Assembly: GCA_038231135.1 (NCBI GenBank) | Contig: JBBRLX010000013.1 | Span: 1 to 64,000 of the forward strand | Reading direction: 5' to 3' | Source: Candidatus Eiseniibacteriota bacterium | GTDB taxonomy: Bacteria > Eisenbacteria > RBG-16-71-46 | Length of the DNA stretch: 64,000 nucleotides | Shown: positions 39,083 to 49,968 of the stretch, piece after piece | Position numbering within the stretch: the stretch's first letter is position 1 | Layout: every line of letters starts with the position of its first letter | Notes under the pieces: model-generated | Told to the model about the DNA's origin: nothing | Databases searched by the model: none | Seen by the model: the letters and a program-made list of their open reading frames with translations, nothing else | Program-made: the position numbers and the translations under genes

Positions 39083-40615
39083 TTGCTGTCGGTTTCGGTG
39101 GTCGTTCCGGCCTATAACGAAGAAGCGCTGCTGTCCGATACCCTCGACGCCCTGCTGGCCCAGGACTACCAGGGTCCGCTGCAGATCATCGTCGTCGACA
39201 ACGCCAGCACCGACGGCACCGGCCGGATCGCCCGGGAGCGCTCGGTCACCGTGGTTACCGAGCCCGACCGCGGCTACTGCAACGCGCTGGTCGCAGGGTT
39301 CGCCGCCGCGACCGGCGACATCGTCGCCTGCACCGACGCCGACACCATCGTGCCCCCCGACTGGATCTCGCGGTTCGTCGCCGAATACGAGCGCCATCCC
39401 GGGATCGTCTCGATCGGCGGCGGCATCGAATTCGTCGACCAGAACTGGAAGAGCTGGTTCCTGACGGCGCTGATCCTGCCGCTCGTCAACGGGGTCGACC
39501 GGCGCAATCCCCAGGGACCGCACCTGTGGGGCGCCAACCTGTCGGTGCGGCGCACGGCATTCGAGGCGGTGGGTGGCTGGAACCGCGCATTCAGCCTGCA
39601 GGCGGACAGCGAGCTGTCGGAGCGGATGCGCCGTGTGGGCCGCGTGATCCTGATTCCGTCGCTGTCCGTGCGCACGTCGTCGCGGCGCTGGAACCAGGCG
39701 CTGATGCGGAACATGTACCTGTATGCGTCGAATTTCGTGTGGTTCCAGTTGTTCCACAAGCCGCTGTATCGCGAATTCCCCGCGGTGCGTTCCGTGGTGC
39801 GATCCGCGACGCGCGAGGCGGCGGCCCAGGTGCGCCGGCCGGCGTTCGCGGTGTCGTTGGTCCTGGTCGGCGTGTTCGCCGGAGTCGTGTACTCGGCGCT
39901 CGCACCGCGGTCGAATGCGTTCGGCCGCACCTACTGGTCGGGCGCCACCACCGACAAGGTCGTCGCGCTGACGTTCGACGACGGCCCGAACGAGCCGTAT
40001 ACCTCGCAGGTGCTCGCGATCCTCAAGCGCGAGCACGTGCGCGCGACGTTCTTCCTGATCGGCTCCAACATCCGCCGCGATCCCGCCGCTGCCGCCCGCA
40101 TCGCGCGTGACGGACACGTGATTGGAAATCATTCGGACACCCATCCGGCGCGCTTCGCGCTGAAGCCCGTGCCGGAACTCCGCCACGAGCTCGACTCGGC
40201 GGAGAACTCGATTCACGAGGCGACGGCGCTGTATCCGCGGTTCTTCCGGCCGCCCCAGGGACTGCGCTCGCCGTGGCTCATGGGAGTGCTGTCCGAGGAT
40301 TCGCTGGTGGCGGTCACCTGGGACGATACGCCGCAGGATTGGGACCCGCTGCCGCCCGACGAGCTCGTGAAGCGCGCGCTGACGCAGGCGCATCCGGGGG
40401 CGATCATCCTGCTGCACGACGGGATGAACCTGACGCCCGATGCCGATCAGAGCCGCACGGTGACCGCGCTGCCGCGCATCATCGATGGATTGCGGGCCCA
40501 GGGCTACCGGTTCGTCACGATCCCCGAACTGCTGGGCGGCCGCGCGTATCTGTCGCAGTGGCCCGCGGGACCGTCACGCGCCGTCGCCGTCAACCCGCGC
40601 CGGGACCAGCCCTGA
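39083..40615 (+). CDS. GT2 glycosyltransferase / NodB polysaccharide deacetylase fusion
   Basis: GT2 (VVVPAYNEE, VDNASTD, TDAD, TSSRR), then a TM, then NodB (TFDDGP, NHSDTH, RPPQG, LLHDG). Confidence 0.88.
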   Translation: MLSVSVVVPAYNEEALLSDTLDALLAQDYQGPLQIIVVDNASTDGTGRIARERSVTVVTEPDRGYCNALVAGFAAATGDIVACTDADTIVPPDWISRFVAEYERHPGIVSIGGGIEFVDQNWKSWFLTALILPLVNGVDRRNPQGPHLWGANLSVRRTAFEAVGGWNRAFSLQADSELSERMRRVGRVILIPSLSVRTSSRRWNQALMRNMYLYASNFVWFQLFHKPLYREFPAVRSVVRSATREAAAQVRRPAFAVSLVLVGVFAGVVYSALAPRSNAFGRTYWSGATTDKVVALTFDDGPNEPYTSQVLAILKREHVRATFFLIGSNIRRDPAAAARIARDGHVIGNHSDTHPARFALKPVPELRHELDSAENSIHEATALYPRFFRPPQGLRSPWLMGVLSEDSLVAVTWDDTPQDWDPLPPDELVKRALTQAHPGAIILLHDGMNLTPDADQSRTVTALPRIIDGLRAQGYRFVTIPELLGGRAYLSQWPAGPSRAVAVNPRRDQP

Positions 40616-40619
40616 GCTG

Positions 40620-41990
40620 CTAGGGTTTCGGCGGCTGTCCGGCCGCCTGCAGCGCACGCCAGTCCTTGAGCCCGCCCGGCACCACGGCCGTGCCCTTCGC
40701 GATGCGGTCGTTCCACGATTCGAACGGCGCGGTCGTGATGTCCTTCATCGTGATGCACGTCGGCACCGGGCACACCGACGCGCACAGGTTGCAGCCGATG
40801 CATTCGGTCTCGTCGACCCACACCGTGTGAGCTCCGGTGGCATGGGCGGTGGCGATCGCGGCGTCGCGCGTCGGCGCCTTGTGGCCGGACGCGAGCGGAT
40901 CGTCCACGTTGTGGATGCAATGAACCGCCGTGTCGCGGCACGCGATGTAGCACAGGTTGCAGCCGATGCACTTCGACGGATCGACGTGCGCGACGACCTT
41001 GTAGTTGAGGTCGAGCTCGCCCCAGTCGGCATACGCCGGAACGGCGGCGCGGTGCAACTGCTTCACCGACGTCATGCCCTTCTCGTCGAGATAGTTCGAC
41101 AGTCCGTCGATCATGTCCTCGACGATCCGGAATCCGTAGTGCATCGCCGCGGTGCACACCTGGACGCTGGTGGAGCCGAGCGCGATGAACTCCGCCGCGT
41201 CCCGCCACGTCGCGATGCCGCCGATGCCCGAGATCGGGATCGTCACGCGCGGGTCACGCGCCAGCGCCGCCACCATGTGCAGCGCGATCGGCTTCACCGC
41301 GGGGCCGCAATACCCGCCGTTCGTCGACTTCCCGCCGACGACCGGGTACGGCACCATCTTGTCGAGATCGACGCCGACGATGCTCTTGATCGTGTTGATG
41401 AGCGACAGGCCGTGCGCGCCGGCTTCGACCGCCGCGATGCCGGGCTCGAGGATGTCGCCGATGTTGGGCGTGAGCTTGATCAGCACGGGAATCTTCGAGT
41501 ACTGCACCGCCCAGCCCGCGACCACCTTGAGCACTTCCGGTTCCTGCCCCACCGCCGAGCCCATGCCGCGTTCGCACATGCCGTGCGGGCAGCCGAAGTT
41601 GAGCTCGAGACCGTCGCAACCGGTATCGACCGCCGCCTTGATGATGTCCTGCCAGTCCTGCTGTGACTCGACCATCAGCGACACGATCACCGCGTGCTTC
41701 GGGTACTTCTTCTTCACCGCCGTGATCTCGCGCAGGTTCACCTCGAGCGGCCGGTCGGTGATCAGCTCGATGTTGTTGAACCCGACCATGCGCTGGCCGC
41801 CCACGTCGATCGAGCCGAACCGGCTGCTGGTGTCGACGATCGGGTCGCCGAGCGTCTTCCACACCGCGCCCCCCCAGCCGTAGTCGAACGCGCGCATGAT
41901 CTGCTCGCCGCTGTTCGTGGGCGGAGCGCTGGCGAGCCAGAACGGATTCGGGCTGCGAATCCCGGCGAAATCGATGGACAGGTCGGCCAT
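40620..41990 (-). CDS. preA: Dihydropyrimidine dehydrogenase subunit PreA
   Basis: NPFWLASAPPT, NNIELI, NFGCPHG, KLTPN; two CIGCxxC ferredoxin motifs. Confidence 0.95.
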   Translation of the reverse strand: MADLSIDFAGIRSPNPFWLASAPPTNSGEQIMRAFDYGWGGAVWKTLGDPIVDTSSRFGSIDVGGQRMVGFNNIELITDRPLEVNLREITAVKKKYPKHAVIVSLMVESQQDWQDIIKAAVDTGCDGLELNFGCPHGMCERGMGSAVGQEPEVLKVVAGWAVQYSKIPVLIKLTPNIGDILEPGIAAVEAGAHGLSLINTIKSIVGVDLDKMVPYPVVGGKSTNGGYCGPAVKPIALHMVAALARDPRVTIPISGIGGIATWRDAAEFIALGSTSVQVCTAAMHYGFRIVEDMIDGLSNYLDEKGMTSVKQLHRAAVPAYADWGELDLNYKVVAHVDPSKCIGCNLCYIACRDTAVHCIHNVDDPLASGHKAPTRDAAIATAHATGAHTVWVDETECIGCNLCASVCPVPTCITMKDITTAPFESWNDRIAKGTAVVPGGLKDWRALQAAGQPPKP

Positions 41991-42180
41991 GGCAGGAGCC
42001 TCGGAACGATTCGCGGCGCGCTCACGGGCGGGAATTCGCGGCTCACGGGCCTGCGATGACAGGCGGCGATAGTAGCATGGGGCGGCGCGGGGTTCGAAGG
42101 AATGGCGTCATGCAGGCGCCCAGGCAATCCGCGGTGCGCAGCCCGCCGAAATTGCCGGCCACGCACACCGCGGCGGCCCG

Positions 42181-42909
42181 TCACCGGTATCTCATCCTGA
42201 GCGCGCCCCATGACGCCGCTCGCACCGGCACCGCGCACGAGCCGCCCGTGGCATACATCACCGGCAGGCCCGGCAACAGCACGGCGCACAGCTCCTGCGT
42301 TCCCGCCACCGAGATGTTCCAGCTCGAGCAGTTGGTGCACAAGGCCTCGGTGATCAGTTCCGGGCGCGAGCCGTTACCGGCGCAACTGTCGCCGAACGAG
42401 GTGAAATTCACGCACAGGAACGCCTGGCCGAGAAACCGCACCGACTTCGACAGATGGAGCGTGAACTCATGAGGACCAGACACGACGCCGGCGAGCGTGA
42501 ACACCTCCGGTGCCATCAGCGACGCCAGCGTATCCGGCGACCGGCAGGCCGAATCCCCCATCACGGCCACCACGGAGATTTCGACCGGCTGATCGCACGG
42601 ATGCGCAACGTCCAGTGCCACGTGCACGTCCTGGAAGGTCGCGCTATCCGGAGCGGGACACGTCGCGCACTCGAGCAGCGTGTAGTAGCGGTCGTTGGGC
42701 GGCAGCAGGTAATCCGCGCGATACACGCCGGGCCCTGCCGCACCCATGGTGCATGCGGTCGACGATGGCGTGGGGGAACCCCCGATCCTGTACCAGGGTC
42801 CCGCCGGCAGCGGATGGACGACGGGCGGCGGTTTGGAGGGGGCTGCGAGCGCACTGCCGATCCCGAGGAGACATAGGAACAGACAGATACCGGGTATCCA
42901 GCGAGTCAC
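42181..42909 (-). CDS. Secreted Cys-rich protein with C-terminal SWGxxxxxYR motif
   Basis: GTG at 42909; signal peptide ending ALA; C-terminus PVRAASWGALRMRYR. Confidence 0.7.
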   Translation of the reverse strand: MTRWIPGICLFLCLLGIGSALAAPSKPPPVVHPLPAGPWYRIGGSPTPSSTACTMGAAGPGVYRADYLLPPNDRYYTLLECATCPAPDSATFQDVHVALDVAHPCDQPVEISVVAVMGDSACRSPDTLASLMAPEVFTLAGVVSGPHEFTLHLSKSVRFLGQAFLCVNFTSFGDSCAGNGSRPELITEALCTNCSSWNISVAGTQELCAVLLPGLPVMYATGGSCAVPVRAASWGALRMRYR

Positions 42910-43081
42910 GGGAACCTCGGAAACGGCATGGGGGTGAGGCCCGGTCGTGCGCCCGGCGCGGGTTTCCACTTCATATCCGCGCACGGTCGGAGCATACTGG
43001 GCGCCGGAGACATGGGCAATCTCCTTCTCGACACCGGCCGGGCAATCCTGCGGTGAATGTTCCGCAATGAGGTGTGCAAGG

Positions 43082-45391
43082 ATGTCGCTGCGCCGCCTGG
43101 CTCTGCTCTCCTTCGCAATAGTATTGGTGCTGCTGGGTGGTTGCGCCCGGAAGTTGCGCCAGATCCTGGAGCCCAACCAGGCTCCTGCCGTCCGATTCGA
43201 ACTGCCGCGCGTGGTGACGAAGTCCGCCCAGTCTCGAACCTACGAGGTTCGCTGGAAGGGGCTGGACCCGGACGGGCATGTCGACCACTACCTCGTTGCG
43301 ATCGACCCGCCGTCTTCGGATCCAGCCTCGATCGCGTGGATGGCAACGGATCGGACATCGCAGCAGGTGGTGGTGGCGGAGCACATCGACGGCGGCCATT
43401 CCCAGATCCGCCGGCTCGTGGTTCGCGCCGTGGACGACCTCGGCGCCATGTCACCCGTTGCCTTGACCAAGCTGAATCCCGACAACGTGCCGCCCAGTGT
43501 GCGGATCACATGCCCGCTTGTGAATGCGTATCGGGATCAGTTCGGAAGACTCGTCTATGGCACGGCCTACTTCCCCGGAGCCGTGCGCGTCGAGTGGCAG
43601 GGCGACGATTCGGATGGCACCGGTACGCACCGTCCCACGCTCTACAAGTATATCCTGCTCGGCCCGGACACCGAGTTCCCGCCTCTACTGGCGATCAGCA
43701 ACCCGGATTCGTTCTACAACTACTACGCCCATCATCCGTCAGGTCCGTGGACCGGTTGGACGGATCGCGCGCCCGATTCGACATTCGTCACCCTCAGGAA
43801 TCTGGCCAGTGGTCGTCACCTGTTCGCCGTGATCGCGTTCGACGAACAGGGCGAGGATTCCCATGTGCCATCTCTTGCGATCAATATGCTGTCGATCGTT
43901 TCATCGAACACGGGGACCCTCAATCCGCGCTTCAGGGTATTTGCCGAAGATATGGAATATGGACGACCCAACGGCCTATCGCCCGCAGTGTTTCGCGTTC
44001 AAGTGCCGGAGTTCACTTCGATACGCTGGCATGTCGAACCCGATTTCGAAACCTGTGACCTGATGAACCAGTATCGATGGGTGCTCGACCCGGCGGCCGT
44101 CGATGATTTCACTCCGCGCTCGGGCGTGAACGACATCCATCACTGGAGCGCGTGGAGCCAGGCGGATACTCTGGCGCGATTGGGTCCGTTCCAGGCGCCG
44201 CTGCCGCCCAAGCGCGATGTTCACCTGCTCTACGTCGAAGGCGATGACGGTCTGGCCCGCAGTCGCGCGATTATCTCGCTGATTGTCGTCCCCCCGACCT
44301 TCACAAAGGATGTGCTGATCGTCGACGATACTCGGCTGCGTCCGGACTTCGTCGTGGGCGGAGCACTGCAACCTCCCTCCGGTCCATGGCCGACGGCCGC
44401 CGAATTGGACACGTTCCTGTATGCGCGCGGCGGCGTGACGTGGCAGGGACACCTGGAAGGCACTGTCAGCCTGCCCGGGATGTTCCACGGCTACTCCTGC
44501 GACACGCTCGGCACCCGCGGACTCGGATTTGCCGTGGTCCCGCTTTCGACGCTGCTGCAATACCGCCGCGTGATCTGGATCGCCGATGGGTTGTCTGCGG
44601 CACTCGTCAAGCCGCCCAACGATCCCGTGGCCCCCGAGACCTGGCTCCGGTTCATGGGTGGACACGGCCCGATGGTGCTCGCCACCTACGTCCGCCTCGG
44701 CGGAAAGCTGTGGCTCATGGGCGGCGGGGCCGCGTATGCCATTTCGGACCCGGTCAACGATCCTAGCAACGACGTTCCGACGAAGACCTATTCCTCTGCG
44801 AGCCCTCGCAATGAGCTCGGACCGGGCCGGTTCATGTACGACATCGCCAAGTGGCAGTCTGAGTATCGCATCGCACGGCCGGCTCCCAGGTTTGCGCGCG
44901 CCCGCGGACGCTTCGCGGGGACGGCCACTTATTCGCAGTTGCCCGCCGCTCTGCACCCGAAGTCGCCGATCACGGATCTCGTCGCACTGGAAGCTCCCGG
45001 TCGCAATCCCGCGGACTTCTATCAGACTGTGGAATCCGTCGAGTTCCTGCAGAAGCCGAATCCGGTCGTGGAAGACGTGGGCGGTCCCGTATCGACGCTC
45101 GACACGCTGTTCCGGGTTTCCGCACCCACGCTGCCCGATTCCGGTGAAGGCAATACGGGCGTGGACCTCGAACGCAATCCGGAATACCCGGTCATGACAT
45201 ACGCTCACGGACCATCATTGATGGGCGGCTCGATGGTGACCACCGGCTTCCCGATCTGGTTTCTGCAGCGCGGGGAATGCCGTCAGATCGTGGACTTCGT
45301 GATGCATGACCTGTGGGGGCTGAATCGGGCGGCAGTGCCGGCCGCGGCGGCCGCGCGGCGGGGCGCAATGACTCGATCCTTGAACCGGTGA
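43082..45391 (+). CDS. Large lipoprotein with Ig/FN3-like modules
   Basis: Lipobox LGGC; NQAP..WKGLDPDG..VRAVDDLG and NVPP..WQGDDSDG..AFDEQG repeats; VLIVDD C-terminal domain. Confidence 0.8.
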   Translation: MSLRRLALLSFAIVLVLLGGCARKLRQILEPNQAPAVRFELPRVVTKSAQSRTYEVRWKGLDPDGHVDHYLVAIDPPSSDPASIAWMATDRTSQQVVVAEHIDGGHSQIRRLVVRAVDDLGAMSPVALTKLNPDNVPPSVRITCPLVNAYRDQFGRLVYGTAYFPGAVRVEWQGDDSDGTGTHRPTLYKYILLGPDTEFPPLLAISNPDSFYNYYAHHPSGPWTGWTDRAPDSTFVTLRNLASGRHLFAVIAFDEQGEDSHVPSLAINMLSIVSSNTGTLNPRFRVFAEDMEYGRPNGLSPAVFRVQVPEFTSIRWHVEPDFETCDLMNQYRWVLDPAAVDDFTPRSGVNDIHHWSAWSQADTLARLGPFQAPLPPKRDVHLLYVEGDDGLARSRAIISLIVVPPTFTKDVLIVDDTRLRPDFVVGGALQPPSGPWPTAAELDTFLYARGGVTWQGHLEGTVSLPGMFHGYSCDTLGTRGLGFAVVPLSTLLQYRRVIWIADGLSAALVKPPNDPVAPETWLRFMGGHGPMVLATYVRLGGKLWLMGGGAAYAISDPVNDPSNDVPTKTYSSASPRNELGPGRFMYDIAKWQSEYRIARPAPRFARARGRFAGTATYSQLPAALHPKSPITDLVALEAPGRNPADFYQTVESVEFLQKPNPVVEDVGGPVSTLDTLFRVSAPTLPDSGEGNTGVDLERNPEYPVMTYAHGPSLMGGSMVTTGFPIWFLQRGECRQIVDFVMHDLWGLNRAAVPAAAAARRGAMTRSLNR

Positions 45392-45418
45392 ATCAAGTCT
45401 CCTGACCTTGTGCCGGAA

Positions 45419-45814
45419 TCAGGGTGTGAGCACGACCCGGCGGGTGATGGTCGAGGGGCCGCATCGAAACCGTACAAAATAAAAGCCCGCTCGATCATTC
45501 GGCCCCGGCGTCCACGTCGCCTCGAACTCGCCCGGATCCCGGTCGCCCTGATACAGCGTCGCGATCTGGCGGCCGATGATGTCGAATAATACGAGACGCG
45601 AACGCCGGCGGCCGCCTGAGCCGTCCGCTCGCACCCCAAGGTGAACACGGAGGGAAGGAGTTGGCCGCCGGCGGGAAGTCGGCACCCGCGGGCCCGACCT
45701 TCCGCGCCGGTGTGCCCAAGGGTGTCGGAGGCTGTGGGCGGGGCCGCTTGTCCCTGAGCCCGGCCGAACGCGAAAGCGTGAGCTCGAGCCGCTGCTCGAG
45801 CGAGAACGCGCCAC
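45419..45814 (-). pseudogene. Eroded remnant of a FlgD-Ig/T9SS-like C-terminal domain
   Basis: LVLFDIIGRQIATL...GFYFVRF...RRVVL with no coherent upstream frame. Confidence 0.55.
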
Positions 45815-46259
45815 GCGGAGGTCGGCTCAGGGGGCGCCGTCCACCAGGCCCGACCCCGCCGTCCGTCAAGGTGGAGGCCCGCAGGCACTACCTTGGACGG
45901 GAACTGCAGGCTCCGTGGTAGCCTTCCCAGACCTACGAGCGGAAGGCCCAACTCGTTCCGGCCAGCCGCTCCGAAGGGAGTCGGCGGCCGAGGGAAAGTC
46001 TGCGCCGCGCCCGGGCGCGGTGACCGTTCCCGTGAATTGGAGAAAGCGACACGGGGCGGCCCGAATCGGACATGGCGCGGGTCGGTGTCACCCTCCGTCT
46101 GTCCATCCGTGGACGCTTGGTGACGGTTGGTGGGCACGGCTGCGATGCAAGTCGCTGTGGGACCCCAGCCGCGTCCTGGCGTACAATTTGCGTCGAGGGG
46201 CGTGACGTCGCCGGCCCCAATAGCAGTCAGTGTTCATCCGCTCAGGGGTGATTCCGTCT

Positions 46260-47564
46260 ATGAAACCTTGGACCGCTTCGTACTTTCTCGTCGCTACGTC
46301 ACTGCTTCTGGTCTCGATCGTCGCGCATCCCGCGTCGGCCGCGGCCACCGGTGACCTGGTCTGGTCGCTGCAGGTGAGCGGCGACCGTGCGCAGCTTGTG
46401 GTGAACAAGTTTGCCCAGTCGTCGGGGGCGTTCCCGACGCCCTTGCGCAACATCCGCGTCTCGCGTCTTCAGCCCCGGAACACGGGAACCGGCGAAGGCC
46501 GCATCCTGTCCCTTGATGGCTACCTGTCGCCGCTGGAGGTCACCGAGAACGGCGAGATCACGGCCGGCGCGAGCGTACCCCAGAGCGTGCCCTTGTCGTT
46601 CGTCCCCACGCGACTGGTTTCCGGCGGTGGGGCCTTCCTCATGCCCAAGATGCCGGAGCGAATGAGACCGCTGGCAATTCCCGCGACGTTCCGGGCACGC
46701 TACGAGGTGTCGATTCCCGCTCTCGTGGATTCCGCCGATCGCCTCGACCTATGGACCGTCTCGCCGGACAAGAGCGTGGCCGTGGTCAACACGGGTCGCT
46801 CGACACGGCTCATCAACATGGCCACCGCGGCCGCGACCGATATGCCCGAGGGACCGCTGGGTGGGGTGTGTTTCGCCCCACGCGCCACAATCTTTGCCGC
46901 GGCAGCGATCTCGGGTCCCAGGCCACGGATGGGCGGACCGGCCCTGGCCTATTGCGTGACGGTCAGGAACTGGCGGACCGGGCAATCCTTGAAGAGCGAG
47001 CCGGCCGGCGGGGTCAGCAAGTTGGCATTCCTGCCGTCCCGCGACTATGTCGTGTTCACGCGGCACAACGGCGGTAGGCCCGCCGAAACGGTGGCGATGA
47101 GCACGACGACTGGAGTGTCGACGATCCTGCCGGGTATCCCCGACGGGGATCGCTACTACTCCGCCACCGACGGATTGCACATGTTGGTCGTGAAACCCGT
47201 GCTCACGCGGGGAAACGAGGAGCTCGGCTATGGCAGGGCCTCGTACTACGACATCACGGACCTCGGCAGTCCGAAGCTGCTCGCGGAGTACGACGCCAGC
47301 GACTTGATCCTGTCGGGAGCGGTGAGTGACGACGGAAAGCTGGTGGCCCTGCAGGTGCTCGAGAACGGCGACGCCACGCGGCTCACGAGACGGGTGGTCG
47401 TTTTGGATCAGGACCTGCACGTGGTGTTCGAGCCCGTCCGGCGCTCTCCGGACCGAGGGGTCCAGTTCGCGGGACGGTACCTGTTCACGGGCATCCAGGG
47501 GAACACGGTCGAGTTGATCGCGGCGAGGCCTACGTCGATTAGCGCCTTTGACTTCAACCGGTAA
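46260..47564 (+). CDS. Secreted protein, possible beta-propeller
   Basis: Signal peptide; VSPDKS, FAPRA, FLPSRD and VSDDGK blade-like motifs. Confidence 0.65.
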   Translation: MKPWTASYFLVATSLLLVSIVAHPASAAATGDLVWSLQVSGDRAQLVVNKFAQSSGAFPTPLRNIRVSRLQPRNTGTGEGRILSLDGYLSPLEVTENGEITAGASVPQSVPLSFVPTRLVSGGGAFLMPKMPERMRPLAIPATFRARYEVSIPALVDSADRLDLWTVSPDKSVAVVNTGRSTRLINMATAAATDMPEGPLGGVCFAPRATIFAAAAISGPRPRMGGPALAYCVTVRNWRTGQSLKSEPAGGVSKLAFLPSRDYVVFTRHNGGRPAETVAMSTTTGVSTILPGIPDGDRYYSATDGLHMLVVKPVLTRGNEELGYGRASYYDITDLGSPKLLAEYDASDLILSGAVSDDGKLVALQVLENGDATRLTRRVVVLDQDLHVVFEPVRRSPDRGVQFAGRYLFTGIQGNTVELIAARPTSISAFDFNR

Positions 47565-47575
47565 AGGAGCGGGCC

Positions 47576-49051
47576 GTGATCAAGACTGCTCTCTCTGGCG
47601 TTCTTACCTTGGTCTGCCTCTCCGGCGCCCCCGCGAGGGCGCAGCAGGTGTTTCCAGGCAATCCGCTCCCGAACACGACGAATCCGGCGGTGATCAACAA
47701 GTTCATGCAACTGGATGTCGTCGACGCCGGCAACCTGCATCCCGCCGTCGACATCACGGCGAACACCGGGGACGTCGTTCGCGTCCCCCTGGCCGCGGGG
47801 AAGACCGGCATCGTTCAGTCTGTGGAGTCCGACGGGATCGCCATCAGCGCCACGGACCAGCAGAATGGGCAGTACGCGCTGATCCACCTGATCCACGTGG
47901 TTCCCAACCCGTCCCTGTCGGTCGGGACGCCCGTGACGTCCTCGACGCAGGCCGGCACGATCATCAGCGGGCCAGGTCACCTGCACCTGACGCTCTATTT
48001 GTCCTCCGCCTTTTCGTGGGGAGGGGAGGACATCGTGAATCCCGAGATCTTCGACTTCTCGGGGAGCTGGAAGACCGACACATACTACCCGGAGATCGAT
48101 ACCCGGACGGACTACATCCTCCAGCCGCCCGGACAGATGACCTACTGGTGGGTCTTCGCTCATGACCAGGAGAACGCCGACCCGAGATACCTCAACGGCA
48201 TCTGGGCGTTGAGCCTGGAGATCGACGGCGTCGAGGTGGACGGTTTCGCGTTCGACAAGTTCCTCGGCAAGTCGGGGTTCTATCCGCCCACCGCGTCGGA
48301 GTACTACTACTGCACGGCGCCGTCCTGCATTCCACCGACGTCGGGATTCAACAATCCGAGCGTGCTCGAGTACAAGCTGGGATGGCTCACCCAGGGGGGA
48401 AGGCATCTGTGGCAGATCAAGGCGTGGGACACCGTCGACAACCGCGCGGTATACCCGGATCTCCCAACCGGGGCCCTCGCGAGCATGGGGGGCGAAATCC
48501 TGGACGACGGGACCGTCCGGCTCACGTGGTACCTGATCTCGGCGGACGGAGCGAGCAGCTTCGACGTCCTCCAGGCCCCTCAGGAGATCGGTCCGTACGA
48601 GAAGGCCAATACCGATCCGATCGCGGTCCTGGGGGACCAACAGACCTACCAGTTCCTGTCGAAGATTCCTGAGGGTTGGGCGACCGTCTGGTACCGGCTC
48701 ATGGAGAACCATGCGGATGGCACGAGCGTCCAGATGACAGAGACGAGCGTGAAAGCGCCTCCGTTGATCGAGACGGTCCAAGTGGTCCCGAACCCGAGCG
48801 ACGGCATCGTCACGGTCCAGGCGTCGCTGGCGCGGACCGACATCGGCAGGGTGGCCATCTACGATCCCAGCGGTCGCAGGGTGAAGCTCCTGTACTCCGG
48901 CGCGCTGGCGCGAGGCACGCAGCGGTGGACCTGGGATGCGACGGACAGCGACGGCAATCGCGTCAGCCCCGGGAACTACTTCCTCGTCATCGACGCCTCG
49001 CAAGCTGGCGAACGCGTCGTTCACCGGGCCAAGGTCGCGGTAGTTCGCTGA
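47576..49051 (+). CDS. Secreted M23-like peptidase with C-terminal FlgD-Ig domain
   Basis: AAGGAG RBS; signal peptide; HPAVD (HxxxD) and HLH; PNP...IYDPSGRRVK..WDATDSDGNRVSPGNYF. Confidence 0.75.
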   Translation: MIKTALSGVLTLVCLSGAPARAQQVFPGNPLPNTTNPAVINKFMQLDVVDAGNLHPAVDITANTGDVVRVPLAAGKTGIVQSVESDGIAISATDQQNGQYALIHLIHVVPNPSLSVGTPVTSSTQAGTIISGPGHLHLTLYLSSAFSWGGEDIVNPEIFDFSGSWKTDTYYPEIDTRTDYILQPPGQMTYWWVFAHDQENADPRYLNGIWALSLEIDGVEVDGFAFDKFLGKSGFYPPTASEYYYCTAPSCIPPTSGFNNPSVLEYKLGWLTQGGRHLWQIKAWDTVDNRAVYPDLPTGALASMGGEILDDGTVRLTWYLISADGASSFDVLQAPQEIGPYEKANTDPIAVLGDQQTYQFLSKIPEGWATVWYRLMENHADGTSVQMTETSVKAPPLIETVQVVPNPSDGIVTVQASLARTDIGRVAIYDPSGRRVKLLYSGALARGTQRWTWDATDSDGNRVSPGNYFLVIDASQAGERVVHRAKVAVVR

Positions 49052-49644
49052 AACGCAGGAGCGGTCTCCGTGGCAGGCCCCTTGCCCAGCCTCACGAGCG
49101 GAAGGCCACCTCAACGCATCCTCGCTCGCCTCAGCGCGCATCCCGATTTCTGTCTCGCCGGCCACCACGGCCGGCCGTATGCTCGATCTCGGCGATTCGG
49201 ACTTCCCTCGAGGAGCCCCGCGAGGATTAACCCGGACACCCGTCCACTCCCCGGACCCGCGGACAACCCTGGCAACGCAGCCCGGGGGTGGCGGCAAAAA
49301 TTTCCTGAGCGGCCCGCTCTGCCCGCGGGCCGTTTCCGCTGTATCGCGCGCGCACCGTCCGTGCCCGAAATGATTCGCGAGGGGTCAGGGCCCCCGAGCG
49401 ACAGGCCCACAGGGCCGTCCATTTCGTGGCGCCGGACAGCTTCGGTTTCAGGTCGGCGGCCGGCTTGCGAGCCGGACGACGATCCCAAGACGGGCCGCCC
49501 TTCAAGGCGGCACGGCGCAGCCTGAGTGTGGCCCGGTGATGAAAGACGTATCTCATCACCGGGCCACACTCAGGTGGAAGCGAAGCTGTCCGGCGCCGTA
49601 GCCGAGACAGAACGCTGAACAGACGCAGGTGAAACACGCGTCGT

Positions 49645-49677
49645 AACTGCAAACCATTGGGACGATGGTTTGCAGTT
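49645..49677. repeat. Perfect 13-bp inverted repeat in a long intergenic region
   Basis: AACTGCAAACCAT-N7-ATGGTTTGCAGTT. Confidence 0.6.
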
Positions 49678-49968
49678 GTTCCGAGCCCGGCCGGGACGTG
49701 CCAGCGGCACGTATCGGCCGGGCGATGGGCGGTCTGGCTCGGCGGAGTGCGACGGACGGTGTGCGCGCAAGCCAAGGGTGAAGGCCGGGCGCATGCCGGC
49801 CGAGGGGGCGGGGGACTGACGCCCCCTGCTCCTGCGTGCCGGACCATCTGGCCGACCGCGGACGGTCGGCGGGTGTCGAATTTACGACAGCACGGCCGCA
49901 GGCGATCTCAAGCTTCCGAAGCCCCGCGCTCAATCACTTGACGGCCTTCTCCACAGGCGGCCCAAGAC

